From Octopus sinensis (lineage: Eukaryota), in contig NC_042997.1 in the NCBI RefSeq assembly GCF_006345805.1, positions 46,686,001-46,750,000 on the forward strand: a DNA stretch of 64,000 nucleotides. The letters are read 5' to 3'. A program made the position numbers and the translations under genes. Of this stretch, positions 40,304-52,505 are shown piece by piece; position 1 is the stretch's first letter, and each line of letters opens with the position of its first letter. The notes beneath the pieces were generated by a model, which was not told the origin of the DNA, made no database searches, and saw nothing but the letters and a program-made list of their open reading frames with translations.

Positions 40304-40618
40304 ATAACTAAAAAAATGTATGATAGATTGCAGTCAATTCATTCTCTCTTACCTGTTTGTGTCTGCCTTCCAAATGCTGTTTTTACTGAGATCTCCCTTT
40401 TTAGTAGAAGAAATAGCTATAACCCTTTGACTGCTATTTCTAAATTCGGTATGTGGTAAGGCAACTCGTTGCTAAACCCTTATTGCTTAGTATTACTTAA
40501 ATTTTCCTCGAATGAGGCTTTTACATACCGAAGACTACTTGGTGTAATTGATAATTTTTCCAAATTAATTAATTTCACCCTTCATTATTACGGATAACCA
40601 TATAATATATATATATAT

Positions 40619-40664
<46 letters not shown>

Positions 40665-40726
40665 GAGTGACTAAGTCACAGTCATCTGCATGAAAGAGGT
40701 CAAGAATATGATATGTATGTATATAT

Positions 40727-40762
<36 letters not shown>

Positions 40763-41049
40763 GATTGCAGTCAATTCATTCTCTCTTACCTGTTGTGTCT
40801 GCCTTCCAAATGCTGTTTTTACTGAGATCTCCCTTTTTAGTAGAAGAAATAGCTATAACACCCTTTGACTGCTATTTCTAAATTCGGTATGTGGTAAGGC
40901 AACTCGTTGCTAAACCCTTATTGCTTAGTATTACTTAAATTTTCCTCGAATGAGGCTTTTACATACCGAAGACTACTTGGTGTAATTGATAATTTTTCCA
41001 AATTAATTAATTTCACCCTTCATTATTACGGATAACCATATATATATAT

Positions 41050-41080
<31 letters not shown>

Positions 41081-41147
41081 TAACATATATATATATATGA
41101 GTGACTAAGTCACAGTCATCTGCATGAAAGAGGTCAAGAATATGATG

Positions 41148-41209
<62 letters not shown>

Positions 41210-41275
41210 ATATATTATATATATATATATATATTAATATATATATATATATAATATATACATATATACATATCA

Positions 41276-41765
41276 TATTCGTGACCTCTTTTATGCAGAT
41301 GACTGTGACTTAGTCACTCATACACTGGATAACGTGCAAATGCTTATGAATTGTATTTCTGTTGCTTGCAAGGCATTTGAACTCAGCATTAGCCTGGAGA
41401 AAACTGTTATAATGTTCCAGCCTGCACCAGAAAATTCATATGTGGAAACAGCTATCTTAGTTGAAGGAAGAATTCTGAGTTCCGTGGAGACTGGCGATGT
41501 ACCGTAAGAGAGGGATTACAAAGGAGTGACAGAGAGAGAGAGAGGAGAAATGGAAATACAAGAAAAGACGTCAACAAGAAACTATGGCATTACAACCAGC
41601 CAGGCAAAGTCTTCGCTACATTTGCGGTACCTGCCAGAGGGAATGTTTGTCCAGGATAGGACTACACAGCCATAGCAGGAAATGTATCAGGACATGAAAT
41701 GTAAAAGCCGGACTAGACTACTTTATGCGCAACTCCATTGTCTCCCGAGACAAAAAGGATACCAG

Positions 41766-41770
<5 letters not shown>
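41276..41770 (+). mobile_element. Chimeric RTE: inverted duplicate of 38838-39040 fused to the 3' end of a different RTE family
   Basis: 41276-41478 is the reverse complement of 38838-39040 with 6 substitutions; 41479-41698 encodes RGDWRCTVREGL...[23 protein letters not shown], followed by an RTE-type 3' tail. Confidence 0.8.
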
Positions 41771-41830
<60 letters not shown>

Positions 41831-41854
41831 ATATATATATATATTAATATATAT

Positions 41855-41906
<52 letters not shown>

Positions 41907-41934
41907 ATATATAATATATATAGATTTATGTATG

Positions 41935-41975
<41 letters not shown>

Positions 41976-41977
<2 letters not shown>

Positions 41978-42186
41978 CGGAGTAAACACATAAATGTGAA
42001 ACAAGGTGGAAAAAAGAGTACTTAAATACCAGTGGTAGAGTAATATGCTTTATTTTAAGCAGCAGAAAATTCAACAAAATCTGTTACTCTGAGTTTCTCG
42101 TTGCCGTTCATCTGTCTGATGAACGGCAACGAGAAACTCAGAGTAACAGATTTTGTTGAATTTTCTGCTGCTTAAAATAAAGTATA
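41976..42186. mobile_element. Short foldback element in (TA)n with a perfect 65-bp palindrome
   Basis: Arms 42048-42112 and 42118-42182 around the 5-nt loop TGTCT. Confidence 0.9.
42112..42149 (+). ncRNA. Minimal type I hammerhead motif
   Basis: CTGT-CTGATGA-ACG-GCAA-CGA-GAA-ACTCAGAGT-A-ACAG: stem I CTGT/ACAG, GNRA-capped short stem II with an A/A closing mismatch, stem III ACTC/GAGT, GUA site. Confidence 0.6.
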
Positions 42187-42199
42187 TATAATATATATA

Positions 42200-42260
<61 letters not shown>

Positions 42261-45149
42261 CATATATATATACATATACGTATCATATGCCTGCTTGTGT
42301 AAGCTTCATTTGTATGTTTATGTTACGTAAGCTTTTTGTATTTGCGAACAAGTAGGACTGTTTCTCTTTTAGTTATCATTTGTGACATTTGCTTGCCGGC
42401 CTGATTTTTGGGACAAAAACAGTTTCATTATACAGTTATATTCATTATATAATGTAATGGTGCATTTATCGAGGACCATCTTAAACGTAGAGAACTAACG
42501 CAAGCCGCTGCATGCTTTAAGATCCCCTTCGGCATGTACGCTGGCAATCATGTTTATACGGGCAACTATATGCATAAACACTCATATTTTAAGTTTAGGG
42601 TTGTAGAAGTTGTAATGAAAAATATAACGTGATGAAGTATTGAGTGAATAAGTCCAGAATTCCATTTTCTCCCCGATGAGTAGCTCCAATCCAAACAATA
42701 CCTTTTGCTTCTTATGCCATTCCAAAATATGTTGCCTAATTCTATAATTATTAATCGATACAAATGACCCTTCACTAATTTCGAATTTTTGTGACCACGT
42801 AAGTGAATATATTCTTCTGGGGTTCTTCGTTAGTGGTACACAAATAAAATTATATCTACATCAAGATTACTCCTATACTGTATTTAAGCTCCGGGGGAAG
42901 CTGAATGCAATCATATTATATTGATTAGACTGAATGCTGAAACGATAAGTAGATGTACATGTGAAAATGGTTGGGAAGATTACCCTAAACTTAGGCAATG
43001 AAAAATATACTAATACTCGTAGTGCACACATTTGCATATTACCAAGTTTTCACACTCTGATCTTATCATGAAATACTTATCTACCTTCAGTTTCAAAAGC
43101 TGGATGCTTCTCAGTCCAGGCGAAGACCGTGAGAGATTAACATGGATCGAATGGAAACTTACACAAATGACCCTCGGAGAATGTACTTTCTAAAATTTCT
43201 CATATATCACATGTACTTTGGTACACGTGAAATATGAGACACATATGGGAGCAGCTGAATAATATACCTTCACTGATCAAAATCCGACGAGAGAAGAATG
43301 TTGTAGGAACAACTACAGTGACAGCGGTGAATCTTCAGGTGTACATGTCTCGAGTTGAAGCTAATGAAAGAATACAAGCTTAAAATGAATATTAGCAATT
43401 CTCTCGGGATCAAATTAAGTAAACTACACAATTAAAGAAAGCAGGTTTAAATTCTATGTATCTCACAGAATCTGTGAGCAATACACACGCACACACATGT
43501 GCACGCCCGCACACACATACACACACACATACATGTACGTGCGTATCTTTCTATCTATGTTAATGCGTGTGTGTGTGTGTCTATGCGTATGTGTGTGTGT
43601 CTGCGTCTCTGTGTGTGTATACTAATCAGACAAAACTGGTCATTACGATTTTACATAAATTTATTCACTGTTACGAACGTTTCAAACTGCTAGAGGTATT
43701 GTTTCCTCACTTTTCAACCGTTTGTATGCATTATTGATTAGTTAATCAATTAATTAATAGAACAGTTGAACAGTTAGCCCTCAACCAATCTCTTAAGACC
43801 TTAGATTATTGTGATAGATTTTCTGTGTCTCAAACAGATATACTTGTGAAATTGAATTGTAGCTAACTGACATATGAAATTACCTTCTTTGATTTATTTT
43901 TGTATAGGCCAAATCCCAGTTCTGGTAGGTCGAAATTCTATTACTTAGGGTCTTGAATAATTCGAAACTGCCATATTTGTTTTACTGGGTAACTATTTAG
44001 AGGTATAATAATGCTATTTACTCAAGTCTGCCCCTATTGAAAAACTCACAAGAATGCTTGAAGGCTTTGAGGACTTGCTTATTAAATTCCAAGAAGATTC
44101 TATTCGTATTCTATCATCTTCTATTTCCTGTTATCTTTGATAGTTTACATGATTCCACTGATTATATGTGAGACTACTGACTCAATTATCAGCAGCATTC
44201 TGCATGTGGTTGAAACACTCCCATAATGCAATAATGTGCAGGAACTCTAGCATCTTGCAGGTGTAATTCAGTAACTTCGGGGACGACATTTCGCTGGAAC
44301 AAAGAAGAGGTGTCGCAGAGAAATGGAACTCCAGAGATCAAAAAGTGTCAGCAATGGGTAAGCTGGAAAGTAAAACAGAAGTAGAAAAAAGTAGAAAAAA
44401 GGGTGGAGAAAGCGGTGAAATTTGCAGAGTCAGAGCTAGAATAAGAGGTTTGGTACATTTTCTAAAAACCCTCGGATAGCACACAGTAGGACCAGATGAT
44501 GTGCTATTTTATTCAGATTCTAGCATAGAGTAGGTGGGTTTGAGGGAAGAAAGAGTAGGATGATGGGACTCAAGTAGTGGAGAAGGAGAGGATGTTTTGC
44601 AACATAATACTATATGATGAAAAACATTGTATGTGGACATTAACCGCGTTAGTTATTCGACGATCCCATCATATCCGTGACAAGATCGAGAAACTGTTTT
44701 ACCTATTCCATTCCCAAAAAGGAACCTTAGAGAACCTCGTTAGAATTTATACGGTTGTTAACGATAGCGTTATGAGCAGTTGCTTTGCTATGCTCCTCCG
44801 TGCACAGTAAATTCCACTCATGATATAAAATATGAGCGATCTTCATCTACATGATCTTTGGTTGGCATATGCACCAAGATCTAGGAGCTTAGAACTTTTC
44901 GGAGAAATTTTGAAAAATCTGATTATACTAGCAAACAAATGACTCACATAATTTCAGTAAATGGAAGAGCAAACTCGTATTTACAGAGAAAAGGTAAAAA
45001 CTCTTTTGGCATTAATACAGACTGATGACAATGATTCATACTGTTTGCGAGAATCGTAAAATTTTTCGAAACTTCCTCTAAAATTCTTTCATGTATATTT
45101 AAATTCAGACCTGATTTTGATTTTGTCAATGCCATTCTAGCCTTGCATC

Positions 45150-45681
45150 AGTTCTTATTTTAAGAGATGAGGAATTATGTACATTATTTACATTATTTAC
45201 ATTTGACGGAAATTTTTTCTTATCTTGTTTGTTATTAACACAACGTTTCGTCTGATATAGCCTCCAGCCTTAATCAGGTGTCTTGGGGGAAATTTCGAAC
45301 TTGGATTCTCATTCCTAAGGTATTTTTCGATGTTGTTGTTGTTCTATTTCTTCTTCTTCTTCTTCTTCTTCTTCTTCTTCTTCTCCTTCTCCTCCTCCTC
45401 CTCCTCCTCCTCCTCCTTCTTCTTCTTCTTCTTCTTCTTCTTCTTCTTCTTCTTCTTCTTCTAAGCCAGGTCGCGGCTTAGAATCAAACTCGGAATCTTG
45501 TAGTTAGAATCCCACGCTCTTAACCACTACGCCATATGCCCGTAGGCATACCTTAGGAATTAGAACTTAGGTTCGAAATTTCCCCAAGACACCTGATGAA
45601 GGCTGGAGGGTATATCAGCTGAAACACTGTATTAACAACAAACAAGGTGAGGAAAAATATCCGTCAAATGTAAATAATGTA
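45150..45681 (-). mobile_element. tRNA-headed element with hammerhead-bearing tail and an inverted tail copy (candidate PLE-dependent SINE)
   Basis: Minus strand: tRNA-like head 45541-45466 (A box TGGCGTAGTGG, B box GAGTTTGATTC), then (GAA/GAG)n, then tail 45323-45150; inverted copy of the tail at 45548-45681. Confidence 0.75.
45588..45633 (+). ncRNA. Minimal type I hammerhead motif (mirror copy at ~45237-45282, -)
   Basis: Two-arm consensus GACAC-CTGATGA-A-GGCTG-(10 nt)-CAGCC-GAA-ACGT-T-GTGTT. The right arm has a mutated stem III; the left arm has CTGATTA. Confidence 0.6.
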
Positions 45682-45939
45682 ATTGTATCAATTGTTTAGA
45701 AATTTAAAGGAATTTACAAAATATACTTTATAGAGTCACAATATTAAAAAAAGTTATTAATCCTTTAAGAATTATTTTAAGAAATCAGAATGTCACCACG
45801 CTTTTGGAAAAGAGGTATTTGTATGAATTGTATTCTGTGTGTAAGCGCTTTCTCTCTTCAACTCTTCAAGCACACGTGTTCTGGTCTAATCCATACAGCA
45901 AAGATACAGACATGATCTTGTCACCCTTCCCATACAAAA

Positions 45940-46090
45940 ATATGTGCTCCACAATTCACAGTACTATGGACCAAATCATCTTACATTGGGAAAACGATAC
46001 CTCACAATTCTACATAAATCGTTGAATCTCCGACAAATAATAATGAGAGAATCCCAAATCCTCAACGGCCGAAAAAACCCCACCAAATCT
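45940..46090 (+). pseudogene. GIY-YIG endonuclease remnant (Penelope-like)
   Basis: FTVLWTKSSYIGKT (YIGKT at 45982-45996; cf. FTCxxCxxxYIGKT) and downstream RQIIMRESQILN. Confidence 0.45.
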
Positions 46091-46657
46091 CAAAAAGCTC
46101 CCAACAAGTTGAGACTTACATCGGAAAAAGACATAATACAGTGGAGACATAAAACTGTGGAGACTCTCGTTGTGGGACGTGTGAAATAATTAAAGAAGGA
46201 ACCACCGATAGATTCAAGAGTGGGAAGGAATGAAATTGAATGCAAACACGAGTTGCAAAATAAGAAGTAACTGCATCACTTGATCGCAATGAAATGAAAA
46301 TTAAATTAGAGAAACAGGAATTAACCAACCGCATGAGTGTGCACACATAACAAATTAATATCTTCATCTCTTTGAAATGGTCCATGTGGTTAAAATCTAG
46401 ACATTCGTGCAAAGCGAAAATTCAAAATGCTTTCGTTTTTCAAAATAAGAGACAAAACTGGTGTGGTACGAAATGCAGAAGTAAAATATACATTACAAGA
46501 ATTCTAAATCTGCAACCAAACCGGAAATTGTCAGCACGATTACTAAAGGCAACTTCTTGTTAATGAATTAGAACAGAATACGTGTGTTTGAAAAGATGAA
46601 CTACTAAAACTGTAACACGCAGAATACACACTGTAAGAAAACGTCTGTATATATATA

Positions 46658-46926
46658 TAATAAATTATTAAATTAGGAGAACAGTGATTTATATATCCAG
46701 GTTTTATTATACAGCTAATTACATCTTTTCATGTCAGTACCTGCATATGTTTCCGATGAAAGTCAGTGCACACTGCAGATTTTGCATCTTGATTTGCACA
46801 TTGTTTGCAATGTGCACTGGCTTGCAGCGGAAATATATGCAGGTACTGACATGAAAATATGTGATTAACTGTATAATAAAACATGGATCTGTGAATGTCT
46901 GTTCTCCTAATTTATGAATTTATTAT
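46658..46926. repeat. Foldback element with ~115-bp diverged inverted arms
   Basis: AAATTAGGAGAACAG...TTTTCATGTCAGTACCTGCATAT...CAGTGCACA pairs with TGTGCACTG...ATATGCAGGTACTGACATGAAAA...CTGTTCTCCTAATTT. Confidence 0.85.
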
Positions 46927-47117
46927 TTCTTCTCTACTGACAACATGCTGTCTTTATAGGGACATGGATTTACAGAAGTGAGGATCTGCTGATGACAGTA
47001 AAATAAACTAACTGGATCATCTACATTCACTGAGGTTAGCCAGAATTTTTAACCAGTAAAAGCGAATACGGTACCCTCTAGAATAGTATATCCCTATTAA
47101 CCATTTTAGAAATATAT

Positions 47118-47240
47118 ATATAGTTATGTTATGTTCTGTTAAGAACGAAAATATAGTTATGTTATATTCTATTGAGGACGTATATATAGTTATGTTATAT
47201 TCTGTTGAGGACGTATATATAGTTACGTTCTATTCTGTTA
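47118..47240. repeat. ~33-bp minisatellite, about 4 units
   Basis: ATATAGTTATGTTATATTCTGTTGAGGACGTAT repeated with variants. Confidence 0.85.
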
Positions 47241-47660
47241 GGAAAGTATAAAGCATGTGCTATCCAGTAGTAGTATTATACGTATTTCCAGGTTTGCGTT
47301 TGGGCATTTGTCGTGTGTGAATAGATAATTGAAAAAAAAAAAAACAGCCCTTCAGCAACAACACATCCTGATAAGCTCAGAGACTACTACTAAATTCAGA
47401 CCACGACAATGAGGATGTTCTTGAAGCCAAGAATTTTAAACTTACGGAGACACTATTTACATATCGCCTGAGGAAACAGAAATTGGCTCCATAATGCAGG
47501 GAAACAGTCGCATAATCAAGTAACTGCACACCTGGAAAACTAAGTTGCGTGGAAACAAATTAAGTGGTTAAAAAATAAATTCCCAACTGTACCCCTCCTT
47601 GTTGACTCTAATGTTTTCAGTTATATACATACATATATATGTATATATATATATATATAT

Positions 47661-48074
47661 AATAAATATTAGGGAATACATCCAAATTTACAGGGAAAAA
47701 ATCAGATTTAGGATTAAATCGATTTTATAGTAAAATATTATAAAATATTATTCGAGACAAAACCACTATTTTGCAAAACAAACAAGGAAAGACTTAATCA
47801 ATACATAAAATTTTAATAATAGTCAAAAAACCGCCACTACAATCGTTTCTTGTCTTGATCGACAATCTTCAGGTGGACTTCCAATAATTCAGTGTCAAAT
47901 TATGAAGTCATAAATTTGACACTGAATTATTGGAAGTCCACCTGAAGATTGTCGATCAAGACAAGAAACGATTGTATGGCGGTTTTTTGACTATTTATTA
48001 AAATTTTATGTATTGATTAAGTCTTTCCTTGTTTGTTTTGCAAAATAGTGGTTTTGTCTCGAATAATATTTTAT

Positions 48075-48075
<1 letters not shown>
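47661..48075. mobile_element. Foldback element in (TA)n with a near-perfect ~167-bp palindrome and a hammerhead in each arm
   Basis: Arms 47739-47905 and 47908-48075 around a 2-nt loop; they differ only by a few 1-nt indels. Confidence 0.9.
47834..47876 (-). ncRNA. Intact minimal type I hammerhead ribozyme motif (mirror copy 47938-47979, +)
   Basis: CCAC-CTGAAGA-TTGTC-GATCAA-GACAA-GAA-AC-GATT-GT-A-GTGG: all core nucleotides present, 4-bp stem I, 5-bp stem II, 2-bp stem III, GUA site. Confidence 0.8.
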
Positions 48076-48131
<56 letters not shown>

Positions 48132-49064
48132 ATGCATGTATGTATGTATGTATTGGCATGCAAGCATATATATGGACATTGAGGCATTTTACAAGCAGTG
48201 TTACATAGCTCACCTTGAAAGATCGGTAGATCGTCTATGGTGGTTTCGTGACTAGCACCGAAACCAGAGGAAGCGAATCACTTACCTGCCAAAGAAGGGT
48301 TGGAAAATAATCGTCGATATTTGCCTTTGGCTATATAATTACACATTGCAGCATCAGCAGCAGCCTTTTATTTCTTTTGAAATGAAAGTTATACAATAAT
48401 GCCCATTTGAAATATCGAACACACGCTGTTTAGTGCAACAATAATTAAATATTGATTACACAGCACGTCAAAGAAGTAATTATGCAAATTGGACTAACTT
48501 GATTTAGAGATGTCACGTCATTTAGTGGTTATAAATAGCTGTAAGCTTTATTAGGACACAAGTACAACGCAACAAAGACACTATACCATTAAACCACCAA
48601 TAATTTTTATTCTGCACATTAACTGCATTCTAACTATAGAGTAGGTGAACACATCAAAAACCTTGCTTTGCATTTTTGTTTTTGAAAAAAGAATTCCAAC
48701 CCATATTACCCAATACCATTTGTAGAAAAGTCAGATACGTATTTTGAACAAACGGTGTAGGAATTTCTTCAAATCTACAAATGCGTATATATCAATTAAA
48801 AAAAGTTCCTGATACCCTAACAGGAGTAACTTGAATTTTGTTAATATTTTCAAGTTCTTTTGCTCGTGATTGCTCATATGTATGTATACCTCAATGCATG
48901 TATATTTGTCTGTATGAACATACATATGTATATATGTACATGTGCGGAAGTAAGTATATATATATATTTACAATTGTATGTACGCATGTATATGCATAAG
49001 CATAAGTACGAGTGTCTTCAGTTTTGTGTCTGAGTATGTATATGTATATATATATATTATATAT

Positions 49065-49097
<33 letters not shown>

Positions 49098-49171
49098 TTA
49101 TATGATTGTGTGTGTGAGTGCGTATATTTATGTATATATAATATATACATATATATATATATATATAATAT

Positions 49172-49207
<36 letters not shown>

Positions 49208-49507
49208 CATAAATAGATAGATAGATAGATGGATGTATATACATACATATTTATACCTGCATATATACCTATGTTTACGTATATATGCATATATATATAT
49301 ACATATATGAATATATATATGTGTGTGTGTGTGAGTATGTATATATATGCATATGTATATATGTATACACACTCACACATAATTGCATAGATACATATAT
49401 TGTGCAAGAACAAATTTGAGGTAAACTGGAAGAAGATTTAATATAATTTTAAATTTTAATAAAAAAGGATATAATTTGGAAATATACTTTATAAATATGT
49501 TATTCAA

Positions 49508-49607
<100 letters not shown>

Positions 49608-49854
49608 GTCTATCTATCTATCTATCTATTGATCGATCGATCTTATCTATCTATTCTATTTATCTATCTTTCTATCAATGGACCGAGTTATCTTTGTATG
49701 TGTGTGTGTGCGTGTTCTTGCGTGTTTCGCGTATGTGCTCGTGTCTTTGTATGTACATATATAAATGTGTGGGTGCGTGTTGATGCGTATGTAGGCATTT
49801 ATGTATGTATATGTATTTGTATATATATGTACGTAAGTATGTATGTATATCTGC

Positions 49855-49914
<60 letters not shown>

Positions 49915-49922
49915 GTATCTCG

Positions 49923-49965
<43 letters not shown>

Positions 49966-51915
49966 ATGTGAGTATGTGTGCCTATGTGTATGTATTTGTA
50001 TGTGTTTGTTTGTGCAATGAAAAGTTTAAATAATCTCATAGACTCGAAAACGTTAGCTTTTTTGCAGTTGAAAAGAACATTTTTTTTCATTCTCCAGTCG
50101 AAAATTTTCCTGCGTATGGAAATTTTTTTGTAGTTGATATTAGTTTTATAGTTGTCTTCGACAGTATGTCATATATGTACATGAATATACGCTGTCCATA
50201 GAATGTGCGAAGTTATTGAATGATTTCCTTTCAATCGATGTACCAAAATTTAGAACATTTATATTAAAATTTTCCAAATATGTAAGCTCTACGTAATATC
50301 ATTGGTACTAATATGAAAAACGGATTAACATGTAAATATTTCATTTATCAGATAGTAGTTTAAATTTTCCTCTATAAATGTATGTGAGTGTGTGTGTTAG
50401 TTTGCATGTCTTAATATATATACATTGTATGTCTCTACGTACCTTCTTTTATATATATACATATATACACACACGAAAAAATATACATGTATATATCTAT
50501 CTCTATATATATATATACACACACGCACACATATATATAAACATACATTTATATATAAATATATGTATGTATATATTTTCTGTGAGCGAGAGAGAGGGTG
50601 AACGAGAGATGGAGCGAAGGAAAGAGTGAGAGAGAGAGAGGGGAGAGAAAGAGAGATAGAGAGAGATGAAAAGTGTGTATGTAATAACACGTACATAAAG
50701 TAAAGTAGAGCGTTTTCCATTTGCTCTGATGTAAGTCGGCAACGTAAAAATCTTTGCTTTAACAAAATTTTTAATATAAAATGAAAGGCAGGTTTCATAA
50801 AGAAAGGTACAAATTTTCATTTTGGAAAGTGTATATAAAATATAGCTTGAATGTATATCAAAAGTCCTAACTACTCCTAAATGTTATTTTTGTAACCTAA
50901 AAACCCTGTTGCTTTAACTATCTTCGGGAAATCAATTCTAACTATTTACATACATAACCGATAAAACAGTATGGCATTTTGTCATGTACGAGTTGAAATT
51001 AGCAAATTGACAGACTATTACAAAACGTGTGACTACAGTTGCCAGTATTTTGATGAACAGCGTATAACTAAGAGATATTGTGAATAATTCAAGAATTTAT
51101 TGACATCTCTATTTTATTGTAATGTTGGTGATCATTGCATGGCTGTGGACAAAGTATTTTAGTCACAGGTCTCATTGTTATAAAACAATTCCTGGTAATA
51201 TGGCAGAAGGCTAATCGAATATGTAAGAAATATTTCTGTTATTTCATTCTCTGTGGACAAGCAAAACTGTGACACTTGTATATAGCTCCTTGAACGCGTA
51301 CACGCACTCACACACACAGACACAGACACACGCGCACATACACACAAACATACACACGCAATTACACCCACACACGTACAGCCTTGCATGTTCACCCAAT
51401 TTGATAGATACCATTGATTATTATCCCTCCATTTTCGAGATCTTTCTTCTTGAATGTCCTAAACTTCGAGAGATATTTTCTGGGATAAGCATCTTGGAAA
51501 TCAACGTCATCCTGAACGTTAAGGAGTCGCCCCTCTTTCACTGCTGCATAATAGATTTAAGGTAACCAATGTTCAGTGTATCTATAGAAAAGTTAAGCCA
51601 TGCTGATCTCGCATACCCTGTCGTCTTATTTATTCTGGATAGTCTAAGTAATCGTGTACATACTCCCGCAGTTCTGCTCTGTACATGGATATCGCTAGTG
51701 TCATGGATAATATCAGATAGAATCATACGCACTCTGACTGAGTATAAATGTAACTATCAATATTCCATACAGGTTCTCTCTACCAATTTCAATTAAACTC
51801 ACGGTCATAGTAGCAGATCCCTGCCCAAGATTAGCCGCGTGAAACTTTCTGTGATATGAAAATAATGGTATCATATAGATCTGTTAAAGCTTTAATGAGT
51901 AGTCATATCCTAAAT

Positions 51916-51998
51916 CAGGGTTCGGTAAACAGAGGTAAATTACCCCAAATGAGGTAAAAATAAAATTCTTGGTGGTAATGAGAACTCATTAGACATCA

Positions 51999-52060
<62 letters not shown>

Positions 52061-52505
52061 CGTGTTTCTTGTTACAAGAGAAATTTTGCTTCTGGCATAA
52101 GGAAGCAGTCAAAAAGTTGCTTTTTGCGACAACCTACTTTTGCAACATAAAAACAAAGCAGAGCAGTCGATTGGATCCCGAAGACTGTATCCAAATTGTT
52201 CTGGCATCAAAATACCTCATTTCTTTTTTATGTAATTGTAAGTAGAATGAAACATCATTTCTCCAAAATCTGAAGAAGTGAAAAAGTTTCCAGAAAAATC
52301 CTTTTGTTTCCTAATGAGGATATCAATTATTTTTATCGCATTTGTCATATACGTTTTATATCTATAATTGTATCATCCATATAGGTTCAATAAACCTTTT
52401 CAGTTCAAAGAATCTATAATTTTCTTCGCTTCAAATCAAAGGGGTTAATGTCGTCGTAAATATATGTGTTTTGAGGTAATTGGTTAAAAGTTTTCCCAAA
52501 CCCCG
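51916..52505. mobile_element. hAT-like MITE (degraded)
   Basis: Termini CAGGGTTCGGTAAAC / GTTTTCCCAAACCCCG resemble CAGGGG-type hAT TIRs; TSD unclear. Confidence 0.4.

Larger units (their letters stand above)
39081..41040. mobile_element. Penelope-like pLTR array: inverted plus partial-tandem copies of a ~590-bp unit with three hammerheads
   Basis: 39081-39563 is the reverse complement of 40015-40498; 39564-39998 repeats 40168-40601; partial copy at 40762-41040. Confidence 0.8.

Noticed and set aside
42750-43400. Possible second Gypsy RT/RNase H remnant (YID, LDASQS, FTDQNP)
   Set aside because: Motifs are short and in broken frames; no LTRs seen.
47118-47240. CRISPR-like array
   Set aside because: Contiguous ~33-bp units with no unique spacers or cas genes; eukaryotic minisatellite.
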